25,271 nt of DNA from an uncultured Verrucomicrobiota bacterium (lineage in GTDB: Bacteria; Verrucomicrobiota; Kiritimatiellia; CAIQIC01; Lenti-01): contig CALKWZ010000014.1 in NCBI GenBank assembly GCA_938003985.1, positions 1-25,271 on the forward strand. The letters run 5' to 3'. Every line of letters starts with the position of its first letter. The first letter of the stretch is position 1. Under the pieces are notes generated by a model, which saw nothing but the letters and a program-made list of their open reading frames with translations, was not told the origin of the DNA and searched no databases. Below are positions 1 through 7,355 of this stretch, one piece after another. The translations under genes and the position numbers were made by a program.

Positions 1-2
1 GA

Positions 3-71
3 TTCGGCGGGCGCGGCGGTCCGCGCGGCGGCGGCCGGGGCGGCAACCGCGGCGGCCCGCGCCGGCGCTGA
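3..71 (+). CDS. 3' end of a CDS running in from the left, with an RGG-rich C-terminal tail (possible RNA-binding protein or DEAD-box helicase-like tail)
   Basis: Frame 3 reads FGGRGGPRGGGRGGNRGGPRRR* with TGA at 69-71. Glycine/arginine repeats of this kind are typical of RNA-binding protein tails. Not in the supplied ORF track because it lacks a start in the window. Confidence 0.55.
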   Translation, partial: FGGRGGPRGGGRGGNRGGPRRR

Positions 72-90
72 ACCGCGCCGAAAAAATCCC

Positions 91-119
91 TTGCGCCGCC
101 GCCCGTCTGCTGGTAGGTT
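91..119 (+). promoter_or_regulatory. Candidate promoter for the tRNA genes
   Basis: TTGCGC (91-96), 17-nt spacer, TAGGTT (114-119), about 35 nt upstream of tRNA-Ala. Confidence 0.35.
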
Positions 120-154
120 GCGCGCTCGTTGATTGCCTAGGACACGTGCCGCTT

Positions 155-230
155 GGGGCAGTAGCTCAGTTGGTAGAGCATTACGTTCGCAACGTAGGGG
201 TCGAGGGTTCGAATCCCTTCTGCTCCACCA
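155..230 (+). tRNA. tRNA-Ala(CGC)
   Basis: 76-nt cloverleaf GGGGCAG...CTGCTCCACCA with encoded CCA; anticodon loop TTCGCAA (anticodon CGC); T-arm GGGTTCGAATCCC; G3:U70 acceptor pair characteristic of tRNA-Ala. Confidence 0.95.
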
Positions 231-256
231 AGCTATGCACGTGGCCTGAAGCCCCC

Positions 257-341
257 GGTGGGGTAGCGAAGTGGCCAACCGCAGCAGACTGTAAATCTGC
301 CCTCTATGAGTTCGATGGTTCGAATCCATCCCCCACCACCA
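257..341 (+). tRNA. tRNA-Tyr(GTA)
   Basis: 85-nt class II tRNA; acceptor GGTGGGG/CCCCACC, anticodon stem-loop GCAGA-CTGTAAA-TCTGC (anticodon GTA), long variable arm, T-arm GATGGTTCGAATCCATC, encoded CCA. Confidence 0.95.
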
Positions 342-459
342 TTTTCATGAATGGGTTGGCCGATCAACGCGAAATCGTCTCGTCGTACCCCGAAGCGCTT
401 GCGCGCGAAGCATTCTTGAAATCGGGGCCGGGGCGGCAATGGCTTGTTCGGCAGACTGT

Positions 460-489
460 CTCGCCGTAGGCGAGCCCGCCACCGGCGGG
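460..489 (+). repeat. Tandem palindromes inserted in the tRNA-Tyr-like anticodon loop
   Basis: CTCGCC-GTA-GGCGAG (460-474) followed directly by CCCGCC-ACC-GGCGGG (475-489). Confidence 0.75.
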
Positions 490-518
490 AAATCTGACCT
501 CTATGAGTTCGATGGTTC

Positions 519-570
519 CCCGTCCCGCGCAGTGGCGCGGGACGAGGCCTCGCCCCGGAAACGGGGCGGG
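519..570 (+). repeat. Double-hairpin insertion in the tRNA-Tyr-like T-loop
   Basis: CGTCCCGCGC-AGTG-GCGCGGGACG and CGCCCCG-GAAA-CGGGGCG, enclosed by complementary TTCCCC/GGGGAA flanks. Confidence 0.75.
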
Positions 571-674
571 GAATCCATCCCCCACCACCATCCTGCGCTC
601 AGCGCTGCGTTTGATGACCGCCTAGCCTCCGTTTCTTTCCCGCAAGAACTCGCCTCTCGTTGGCAGTCCGAACT

Positions 675-714
675 TGCACGCCCCCCTTGGGTTGCGGCAT
701 GATATACAAATATT
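675..714 (+). promoter_or_regulatory. Weak candidate promoter region upstream of the biosynthetic locus
   Basis: Locally AT-rich GATATACAAATATT in a GC-rich background, with TTGCAC at 675-680 upstream. Spacing is not ideal. Confidence 0.25.
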
Positions 715-733
715 GCGGCGAACGGAGCGAAGG

Positions 734-1465
734 ATGGCGGAAACAACGAAAACGGCGCTGGTGATCGGGGGGAGCCGCGGCATTGGCCGGGCCATCGTGG
801 AACGCTTGGCCGCTTCGGGTTTCGACGTCTGGCTGACGTACCGGGGCAACCACGCCGCGGCGAACGAAGCGAAAGCCGTCGTGGAGGCCGCGGGCCGCAC
901 CTGCCGTCTGCTGGCGTTCGACGTGGCCGACCGCGCGGCGACGCGCGCGGCGCTGGAGCCGCTGTTGCAGGAACGCTGCCCGGACGCGCTGGTCTACAAT
1001 TCGGGCATCGCGCGCGACAACCTGCTGGCGTTCATGCAGGACGCGGAATGGGACGACGTCCTGCGCACGAACCTGGACGGGTTCTTCAACGTGTCGAAGC
1101 CCGTCGTATTCGAGATGATCCGCAACAAACGCGGGCGCATCGTGGTGATTTCGTCCATTTCGGGCCAGATGGGACAGGCCGGGCAGATGAACTACGCGGC
1201 GTCCAAGGCGGGCCTGATCGGCGCGGCGCGGTCGCTGGCGCGGGAAATCGGCCGCAAGAACGTCTTCGTGAACGTGGTCTCTCCGGGGGTCATCGAAACG
1301 GAAATGACGGCGGATCTGCCGAAGGAACACGTGCTGCCGCTGATCCCCCTGAACCGCTACGGCACGGCGGCGGAAGTCGCGGCCGTGGTGGATTTCCTCT
1401 GTTCCGAGCCGCACATGTACGTTCACGGCCAGGTCATCGGGGTGAACGGCGGCATGGCCATATGA
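734..1465 (+). CDS. 3-oxoacyl-ACP reductase, SDR family (FabG / ApeQ-like)
   Basis: GGSRGIGRAIVERL Rossmann motif, NSGIARDN, ISSISGQMGQAGQMNYAASKAGL (S-Y-K), C-terminal VIGVNGGMAI. The ORF extends upstream to 674, but ATG 734 fits the SDR start. Confidence 0.93.
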   Translation: MAETTKTALVIGGSRGIGRAIVERLAASGFDVWLTYRGNHAAANEAKAVVEAAGRTCRLLAFDVADRAATRAALEPLLQERCPDALVYNSGIARDNLLAFMQDAEWDDVLRTNLDGFFNVSKPVVFEMIRNKRGRIVVISSISGQMGQAGQMNYAASKAGLIGAARSLAREIGRKNVFVNVVSPGVIETEMTADLPKEHVLPLIPLNRYGTAAEVAAVVDFLCSEPHMYVHGQVIGVNGGMAI

Positions 1466-2967
1466 GTTCTCCCCGCCGAGAGCGCTACGACGACGTCGTG
1501 GTCGGCGCCGGCACGGCGGGCTTGGCTTCCGCCTTGCTCTTGGCGCGGTTCGGCCGGTCGGTGCTGCTGCTCGACCGCGCGCCCGCGCCCGGCGGCGCCT
1601 TGCGGCGGTTCCGGCGCGGCGGGGCCGCGTTCGACACGGGCTTCCACTTCACCGGCAGCATCCAGCCGGGGGAACTGTTCGACCATTTGCTGACCGTGCT
1701 CGGCATCCGCAGCGAACTGGACCTCGTGCCGTTCGATTCGGAGGCCGGCCATCGGTTCCGGTTCGCGGAGGCGGACGTGGAAATGGAACTGCCCTTCGGC
1801 CTCGACCGCTGCCGCGACCGCTGGCAGGCGCAGTTCCCGCAGGAACGGGAGGCGCTGAACTGGTATTTCGATGCGCTGCGGTCGATCGCGCAACGCACAA
1901 TGGGCATGGAAGTCGGTCGGCCGCTGACCGCGTTCGGGATGCTCGACGAGGATTTCGTTTCCCTGCGGTCGGTGCTGGATGCGCGCTTCCGCGACCCGGT
2001 GCTGAAAGGGGCGATCGGCGCGTTCGCGATGTGCTACGGATCGCCGCCGGCCAGCGTGTCGTTCGCGGCCCACGCGCGGGTGGCGTTCGGCTTCCACCAG
2101 TCGGGCGGCACGCTCGCGGGCGGCGGGGACGCGCTGGCGGATGCGCTGGCGCGCGCGGCCGAACGGGCCGGGGTGGAAATCTGCTGTTCGTGCGGATTGG
2201 AATCCTTTGCGCCGGGCGCGGACCGGCAGGCCGGCGCCGCGACGTTGTCGAACGGCGCGGAGGTCGCCTTCGAGCGCTGCCTGCTGACCATCGATCCCTT
2301 TGCGATCCTGGATCTGCTGGAGCCGCTGGGCCTCACGCCGGCGTTCCGCGAACGGGTGCAGGCGTTCACGCCTTCGGTCGGATTTTTCGCCGCCTACGGC
2401 ATCGTGGACGGCCCGGAGCCGGCCGGATTCGGCCGCTCGGCCCACTCGGAATTCGCCGGCACGGATTTCGATGCGATGATGGATCCGGCGTATCCGGGCG
2501 ACCGGCCGCTGGTCCTGATCGAAGTGCCCGGCGATCCGGCCACGGGCACGCCGCCGTCCGTCTCGGCGCTGGAACTGTCGTTCGCGCAGGACGTGGCGGC
2601 CTGGGCGGGCACGCGCCGCGGCCGCCGGCCGCCCGAGTACCGGGCCTACAAGCAGACCCGCGCGGCGGCGATCGCGCGGCGGCTGGCCGGCCGCGCGTCC
2701 TATGCGGACCGGATCCGCTGGGTGGACACGGCCTCGATGCTGACGTTCCGGGATTATCAGCATTCCCGCAGCGGCAGCGCCTATGGCATCATGCTGAAAA
2801 CCGGCCAGTACGGCCTGTTCGGCCGCCTGCCGGTCCGGAATTGCTATGCGGCGGGCCAAAGCGCTTTGTTGCCGGGCGTGCTGGGCGCGATGATGTCCGG
2901 GCTGTTCGTGGTACGGCAGATGGTCGGCAAGGAAATCTTCGACGCAGCGACGGCAGGAGCGCGGTAG
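1462..2967 (+). CDS. Phytoene desaturase/retinol saturase-like FAD-dependent oxidoreductase (CrtI-like)
   Basis: N-terminal DDVVVGAGTAGLASALLLARFGRSVLLLDRAPAPGG dinucleotide-binding motif, FDTGFHFTG, long CrtI-type body, C-terminal GQSALLPGVLGAMMSGLFVVRQMVG. ATGA overlap with the upstream gene. Confidence 0.82.
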   Translation: MSSPRRERYDDVVVGAGTAGLASALLLARFGRSVLLLDRAPAPGGALRRFRRGGAAFDTGFHFTGSIQPGELFDHLLTVLGIRSELDLVPFDSEAGHRFRFAEADVEMELPFGLDRCRDRWQAQFPQEREALNWYFDALRSIAQRTMGMEVGRPLTAFGMLDEDFVSLRSVLDARFRDPVLKGAIGAFAMCYGSPPASVSFAAHARVAFGFHQSGGTLAGGGDALADALARAAERAGVEICCSCGLESFAPGADRQAGAATLSNGAEVAFERCLLTIDPFAILDLLEPLGLTPAFRERVQAFTPSVGFFAAYGIVDGPEPAGFGRSAHSEFAGTDFDAMMDPAYPGDRPLVLIEVPGDPATGTPPSVSALELSFAQDVAAWAGTRRGRRPPEYRAYKQTRAAAIARRLAGRASYADRIRWVDTASMLTFRDYQHSRSGSAYGIMLKTGQYGLFGRLPVRNCYAAGQSALLPGVLGAMMSGLFVVRQMVGKEIFDAATAGAR

Positions 2968-2972
2968 GGCAC

Positions 2973-4211
2973 ATGAAACGGGTGGTCATCACGGGCATGG
3001 GGGCGGTTTCGCCGGTGGGCGGCACGGCGGCGGAACAAGCCGACGCGCTGGACGCCGGGCGGCACGGATTGCGCGCGATGCCGGAGTGGGCGGCCTACAA
3101 GGGGCTGCGCAGCTTGGTGGCGGCGCCGGCGGAGCTGAAGAACGAAAAGGCCATTCCCCGGCAAAACCGCCGCTCGATGAGCCGCATGAGCATCTTCGCC
3201 GCGCAAGCCGCCCAGGAAGCGCTGCGCGACGCCGGCTTGGCGCCCGAGGGGCTGGGCGACGGCCGTACCGGTTGCGTGGCGGGTTCGACGACGGGCAGCG
3301 CCATCGCGCTGGCCCAGGTCTACGAGACGATGTTGCCGGAAAAGGATTTCTCGATCCTGCAATCCATGCAGTTTTTCCAATGCCTGTCGCACACCGTAGC
3401 GATGAACCTCGCGCAATTTCTGGGATTGCGCGGCGTGCTGCTCGCCACGAACGCGGCCTGCGCTTCGAGCCTGCAGGCCATCGGCGCGGCGTTCGATCTG
3501 GTGCGGTCGGGCCGGCAGGACGCCGTGTTCTGCGGCGGGGCCGAAGAAGTCCATGCCACGGTCACGGGCTCGTTCGACATGCTCATGGCAGCGTCCACGC
3601 GCTACAACGACCGGCCCGAAGCGGCGTCGCGCCCCTTCGACGCCGCGCGCGACGGCCTCGTCTGCGGCGAGGGCGCCGGCATCCTCGTGGTGGAGGAACT
3701 GGAGCGGGCCTTGGCCCGCGGCGCGCGGATCCGCGCGGAAATCCTCGGATTCCACACGTGCAGCGGGGGCTCCCACATCAGCGAATCGAACCGCGACGGC
3801 ATCGCCGCCTGCATGCGCGCGGCGCTGGCGGACGCGCGGTTGGAGCCCGCCGCGATCGAATACGTCGGCGCCCACGCCACGGCAACCCTGCAGGGCGACG
3901 GCGAAGAGGCCGCCGCCATCCGCGCGACTTTCGGTGGCCAGGTGCCCGTCAGCAGCCTGAAGGGGAATCTGGGCCACACGCTGGGCGCATCCGGCGCCAT
4001 CGAACTGGCCGCGATCCTCGCCGGGCTCGAACGCGGCCACCTGTATCCCACGCGGAACCTGGAAACGGTGGCGGCCGAATGCGCCGGCATCCGCCACGTG
4101 ACGGCATTGGAGCCGACTTCCGCCCGCACGTTCCTGAAAAACAGTTTTGCGTTCGGCGGCATCCACGCGTCGCTCGTGTGCCGCCGCTGGACCGAGGGAG
4201 ACCCCGCATGA
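2973..4211 (+). CDS. Beta-ketoacyl-ACP synthase (FabF-like), complete Cys-His-His triad
   Basis: VVITGMGAVSPVG start; TNAACASSLQA (Cys), VGAHATATLQGD (His), SSLKGNLGHTLGASG (His); FLKNSFAFGGIHASLV. Confidence 0.92.
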   Translation: MKRVVITGMGAVSPVGGTAAEQADALDAGRHGLRAMPEWAAYKGLRSLVAAPAELKNEKAIPRQNRRSMSRMSIFAAQAAQEALRDAGLAPEGLGDGRTGCVAGSTTGSAIALAQVYETMLPEKDFSILQSMQFFQCLSHTVAMNLAQFLGLRGVLLATNAACASSLQAIGAAFDLVRSGRQDAVFCGGAEEVHATVTGSFDMLMAASTRYNDRPEAASRPFDAARDGLVCGEGAGILVVEELERALARGARIRAEILGFHTCSGGSHISESNRDGIAACMRAALADARLEPAAIEYVGAHATATLQGDGEEAAAIRATFGGQVPVSSLKGNLGHTLGASGAIELAAILAGLERGHLYPTRNLETVAAECAGIRHVTALEPTSARTFLKNSFAFGGIHASLVCRRWTEGDPA

Positions 4212-4465
4212 CCCGAGAAGAAATCATCGCCAAAACCAACGCCGTGTTCGCCGAATCCTTCGAGATCGAGCCCGAGCGCCTGAAACCCGAAGCCAACGTC
4301 TTCCTCGATCTGGGGCTCGACAGCCTCGACACGGTGGATCTGGTGGTGGCGATCCAGAAGAAGTTCGGCGTGCAGATCCGCGACGACGAGCGCGTCCGGT
4401 CCATCCGCACGCTGGGCGACGTCTACGACTTCATCGCGACCATCCAGCAAGAAAAGCAGGGATGA
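4208..4465 (+). CDS. Acyl carrier protein 1
   Basis: 85 aa with phosphopantetheine site DLGLDSLDTVDLVVAIQKKFG; ATGA overlaps at both ends. Confidence 0.92.
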   Translation: MTREEIIAKTNAVFAESFEIEPERLKPEANVFLDLGLDSLDTVDLVVAIQKKFGVQIRDDERVRSIRTLGDVYDFIATIQQEKQG

Positions 4466-5211
4466 GGCGGGCTTGGGGCATCTGCTATTCGCTGGCGTTC
4501 TACCCTCTGCTGGCGGTCTACACCGTGTCGGCGGTGGCGGGGATGACGTTGTGGATGCTCCTCGGCGCGCCGTTCCATTCGCACCGGGGCAACATGCGCC
4601 GCTTTCGCCGCGCGATCATCTGGTACGGCGCAGGGGTCGTCCGGATCGTGGCGCGGCCCGTGCTGAAAACCGTCTACGAATCGCCGCCGCGGGACGTGCG
4701 GATCCCCAAGTTTTTCGTCGCCAACCACGTTTCCTCGCTGGATGCCTTCCTGCTGGCCCTGGTGCCCGAGGAGGGCGTGGAGGTCGTGAAGGCCTGGCCG
4801 TTCCGGTTGCCGATTCTCGGCGTTTTCGCGCGTCTGGCGGGTTTCTTGAACGTCGAGCGGATGGAGCCGGACGAATTCCGGGCGGCCGTGGAGGACCTGC
4901 TGGGCGAGGGCTATTCGATCGTGGTGTTTCCCGAAGGCACCCGCTCCGGCAGCCGGCAAGTGGGACCGTTCCACGGGGCGATGTTCCGCCTGGCGCTCGA
5001 GCTGCGCGTGCCCCTGGTGCCGGTGTGCATCGTCGGCAACGAGCGGACGCCGGCCAAGGGCTCCTGGATCCTGGAACCGGCGACCGTGCGGATGCGCTGC
5101 TTGCCGGAAATGGCGTGGAACGAGTTTAGCCACATGACGCCCTATCAGTTGAAAAACCACGTGCGCCGGCTGATCCAGGACGAAGTGGACCGCATGGGAG
5201 CGACCGCATGA
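4462..5211 (+). CDS. 1-acyl-sn-glycerol-3-phosphate acyltransferase-like protein (PlsC family)
   Basis: ANHVSSLDAF (HX4D) and VVFPEGTRSGS motifs; hydrophobic N-terminus. Confidence 0.88.
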   Translation: MRRAWGICYSLAFYPLLAVYTVSAVAGMTLWMLLGAPFHSHRGNMRRFRRAIIWYGAGVVRIVARPVLKTVYESPPRDVRIPKFFVANHVSSLDAFLLALVPEEGVEVVKAWPFRLPILGVFARLAGFLNVERMEPDEFRAAVEDLLGEGYSIVVFPEGTRSGSRQVGPFHGAMFRLALELRVPLVPVCIVGNERTPAKGSWILEPATVRMRCLPEMAWNEFSHMTPYQLKNHVRRLIQDEVDRMGATA

Positions 5212-6518
5212 AGCCGTTGCCGCAAGACTTCGATCTGGCTTTCCGTTCCGCCGACGAAATCCAAGCCGTGCAGGAGCGGCGGTTGGCCGCGCATCTGCGG
5301 CAGTGCCGTCGCGCGCCGTTCTATCGAAAGACGCTGGCCGGCGTGGCAAAGCCTGCGCTGCGCCGCTTCCCGCTGGAAGCGCTGCGCGACTTGCCGCTGA
5401 CGACCAAAGCCGATCTGGAAGCGCGCAACGACGATTTCCTCGCCGTGCCGCCGGAGACGGTGCGCGACATCGTGCAGTCGTCCGGCACGACGGGCCGTCC
5501 TACGCGGGTGATGTACACGGCGCGGGATCTCGAGCGGCTGGCCTACAACGAGGCGGTCTGTTTCCGGGGCTGCGGCATGGGGCCGGGGGATCGCGTGCTG
5601 CTGACCTGCACGCTGGACCGCTGTTTCGTGGCCGGCTACGCCTACCACCTCGGCGCGCAGGCGGTCGGCGCATGCACGATCCGCAGCGGGCTCAATCTGG
5701 CGGAAGGCCACGCCGCGGTCATCGCGCTGCAAAGCCCGACGTTCGTCGTGGGCGTTCCGGGGTTCCTGCGCAAGCTCGGCAAGCACCTGCACGACCTGGG
5801 CCGGCCGCCGCAGGGCATCCGCGGACTGATCTGCATCGGCGAACCCCTGCGCGACGCGGAATTGCGTCCGACGGCGCTTTCGCAGGATCTGGAGCGCCTG
5901 TGGGGCGCACCGGCGTACTCGACCTATTCCTCGTCCGAAATCGTGACGTCGTTCTGCGAATGCGCCGCGCGGTGCGGCGGCCACGCCGCGCCCGATCTGG
6001 GCATCGTGGAAATCGTGGATGCGGACGGGAACGTCCTGCCGCCGGGGCAGGCGGGCGAGGTGGTCGTGACGCCGCTGGGCGTCGAGGGCATGCCGCTCGT
6101 CCGGTTCCGCACGGGCGACATCGGTTACTTGGCGGCCGAACCGTGCGCGTGCGGCCGGCAGACGCCGCGGCTGAGCCCGATCCTGGGCCGCCGCGCGCAG
6201 ATGCTGAAGATCCGCGGCACCACGTTCTACCCGGCCACCGCGTTCGAGGTGCTCAACGACGTGCCCGAAATCGGCGAATACTATCTCCAGGTCGAAACGA
6301 CGGGCGGGGAGGACCAGGCCAGCGTCCATCTGAGCCTCAGTCCCGACCGGCCCGAGACGCGCCGCAAGATCGAAGACCGGTTGCTGGCGCGCCTGCGCGT
6401 GCGGGTCCAGCTCTGCGTGGAGCCGGAAGACGACGTGCGCCGGCAGGTCTACGTGGCCCATTCGCGCAAACCCATCCGGTTCATCGACCGGCGCGGAACA
6501 ACGGCAGCCAAGGCTTGA
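5208..6518 (+). CDS. AMP-dependent acyl/aryl ligase of the phenylacetate-CoA ligase (PaaK) type
   Basis: VQSSGTTGRPTRVMYT P-loop, YSTYSSSE, RFRTGDIGYLAAEPCACGRQTPRLSPILGR, KIRGTTFYPATAFEVL C-terminal subdomain. Confidence 0.85.
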   Translation: MKPLPQDFDLAFRSADEIQAVQERRLAAHLRQCRRAPFYRKTLAGVAKPALRRFPLEALRDLPLTTKADLEARNDDFLAVPPETVRDIVQSSGTTGRPTRVMYTARDLERLAYNEAVCFRGCGMGPGDRVLLTCTLDRCFVAGYAYHLGAQAVGACTIRSGLNLAEGHAAVIALQSPTFVVGVPGFLRKLGKHLHDLGRPPQGIRGLICIGEPLRDAELRPTALSQDLERLWGAPAYSTYSSSEIVTSFCECAARCGGHAAPDLGIVEIVDADGNVLPPGQAGEVVVTPLGVEGMPLVRFRTGDIGYLAAEPCACGRQTPRLSPILGRRAQMLKIRGTTFYPATAFEVLNDVPEIGEYYLQVETTGGEDQASVHLSLSPDRPETRRKIEDRLLARLRVRVQLCVEPEDDVRRQVYVAHSRKPIRFIDRRGTTAAKA

Positions 6519-6520
6519 TC

Positions 6521-6877
6521 ATGGAAATCCTTGCCATCCATACCAATGAAGCCCGCGTGCGCTTTCCGGCGAACGCACCGTACTTCGCGGGGCATTTCCC
6601 CGGCCAACCCATCGTGCCGGGGGTCGTGCTGATCGACGCGGCGGTCCAGATCGCGGCGCAGGCGACCGCCCGCCCGTTGCGCCTCCTCCGGCTGGCCCAT
6701 GCCAAGTTCGTCCAGGCGGTCGGACCGGATCAGGAAGCCCTTTGGCGTTTCCAGATTGCGCCGGACCCGGACCGTTCGGAATGGCTCAAGGTTTCCGGCA
6801 AGTGGAGCCAAGGCGAGACCCGGATCGCCGAAATGCAATTCACCGCGGCAGACGAAGGAGATCGCGATGGCCCGTAG
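6521..6877 (+). CDS. Hotdog-fold 3-hydroxyacyl-ACP dehydratase-like protein (FabZ/ApeI-like)
   Basis: 118 aa; YFAGHFPGQPIVPGVVLIDAAVQIAAQ motif. Confidence 0.82.
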   Translation: MEILAIHTNEARVRFPANAPYFAGHFPGQPIVPGVVLIDAAVQIAAQATARPLRLLRLAHAKFVQAVGPDQEALWRFQIAPDPDRSEWLKVSGKWSQGETRIAEMQFTAADEGDRDGP

Positions 6878-7355
6878 GCGCGAACAAGCCATGTCGTTCC
6901 CGGACGAACCGGCCTATCCGCCGATCCAGGCGGCGGTGCAGCACCGGGTCGGGTTTTCGGAAGTCGATCCGATGCGGATCGTCTGGTTCGGACGCTACGC
7001 GACGTTTTTCGAGCAGGCCTCGGCGGCGCTGCGCGACCGGTGCGGACTGTCGCACGAAGATTTCTTCCGCGCGGGCATCCAGCCGCCCATCGTGCGCTAC
7101 GAGGTCGAATATCTGCGGCCGTCGCGCCTGGACGAGCAGTTGAAGATCGTGGCGCGCCTGCACGGGACCGAAGCGGCGCGGCTGAACACCAGCTATCAGG
7201 TCTTCGGTCCGGACGGGGCGCTGCGCGTGGCGGCGCGCACGGTGCAGGTGTTCACGGAAATCCACACGGGCATCGTCTGTTTCGTGCCGCCGAAAATCTG
7301 GCTCGATTGCCTGGAGCGCTGGCGGAAAGGGGAATTCGCGTGCCTGCAGGCGTAG
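6867..7355 (+). CDS. 4-hydroxybenzoyl-CoA-type acyl thioesterase (4HBT / YbgC-like)
   Basis: HRVGFSEVDPMRIVWFGRYATFFEQASAALRDRCG followed by EVEYLRPSRLDEQL. Start may be 6867 or 6891. Confidence 0.8.
   Translation: MARRREQAMSFPDEPAYPPIQAAVQHRVGFSEVDPMRIVWFGRYATFFEQASAALRDRCGLSHEDFFRAGIQPPIVRYEVEYLRPSRLDEQLKIVARLHGTEAARLNTSYQVFGPDGALRVAARTVQVFTEIHTGIVCFVPPKIWLDCLERWRKGEFACLQA

Larger units (their letters stand above)
425..590 (+). pseudogene. Degenerate tRNA-Tyr copy interrupted by hairpin insertions in the anticodon loop and T-loop
   Basis: GCAGACTGT | 30-nt insert | AAATCTGACCTCTATGAGTTCGATGGTTC | 52-nt insert | GAATCCATCCCCCACCACCA. After removing the inserts this matches the 3' two-thirds of the tRNA-Tyr at 257-341 with one visible mismatch. 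The 5' acceptor strand is not complementary to the retained 3' strand. Confidence 0.8.

Noticed and set aside
1-132. Frame-1 open stretch ending at TGA 130-132
   Set aside because: Ala-rich with no pattern, whereas frame 3 gives a typical RGG tail ending at 71.
146-702. ORFs of 68-107 aa across the tRNA region
   Set aside because: They overlap tRNA-Ala, tRNA-Tyr and the tRNA relic; translations are of structural RNA sequence.
1048-1461. Upstream extension of the CrtI-like ORF, and similar track extensions (2031-2972, 3086-4207, 5303-6520, 7040-7339, 7825-9024, 15446-16744, 18552-20111)
   Set aside because: These are out-of-frame reads through the preceding genes. Internal starts at stop/start overlaps with conserved N-termini are far better supported.
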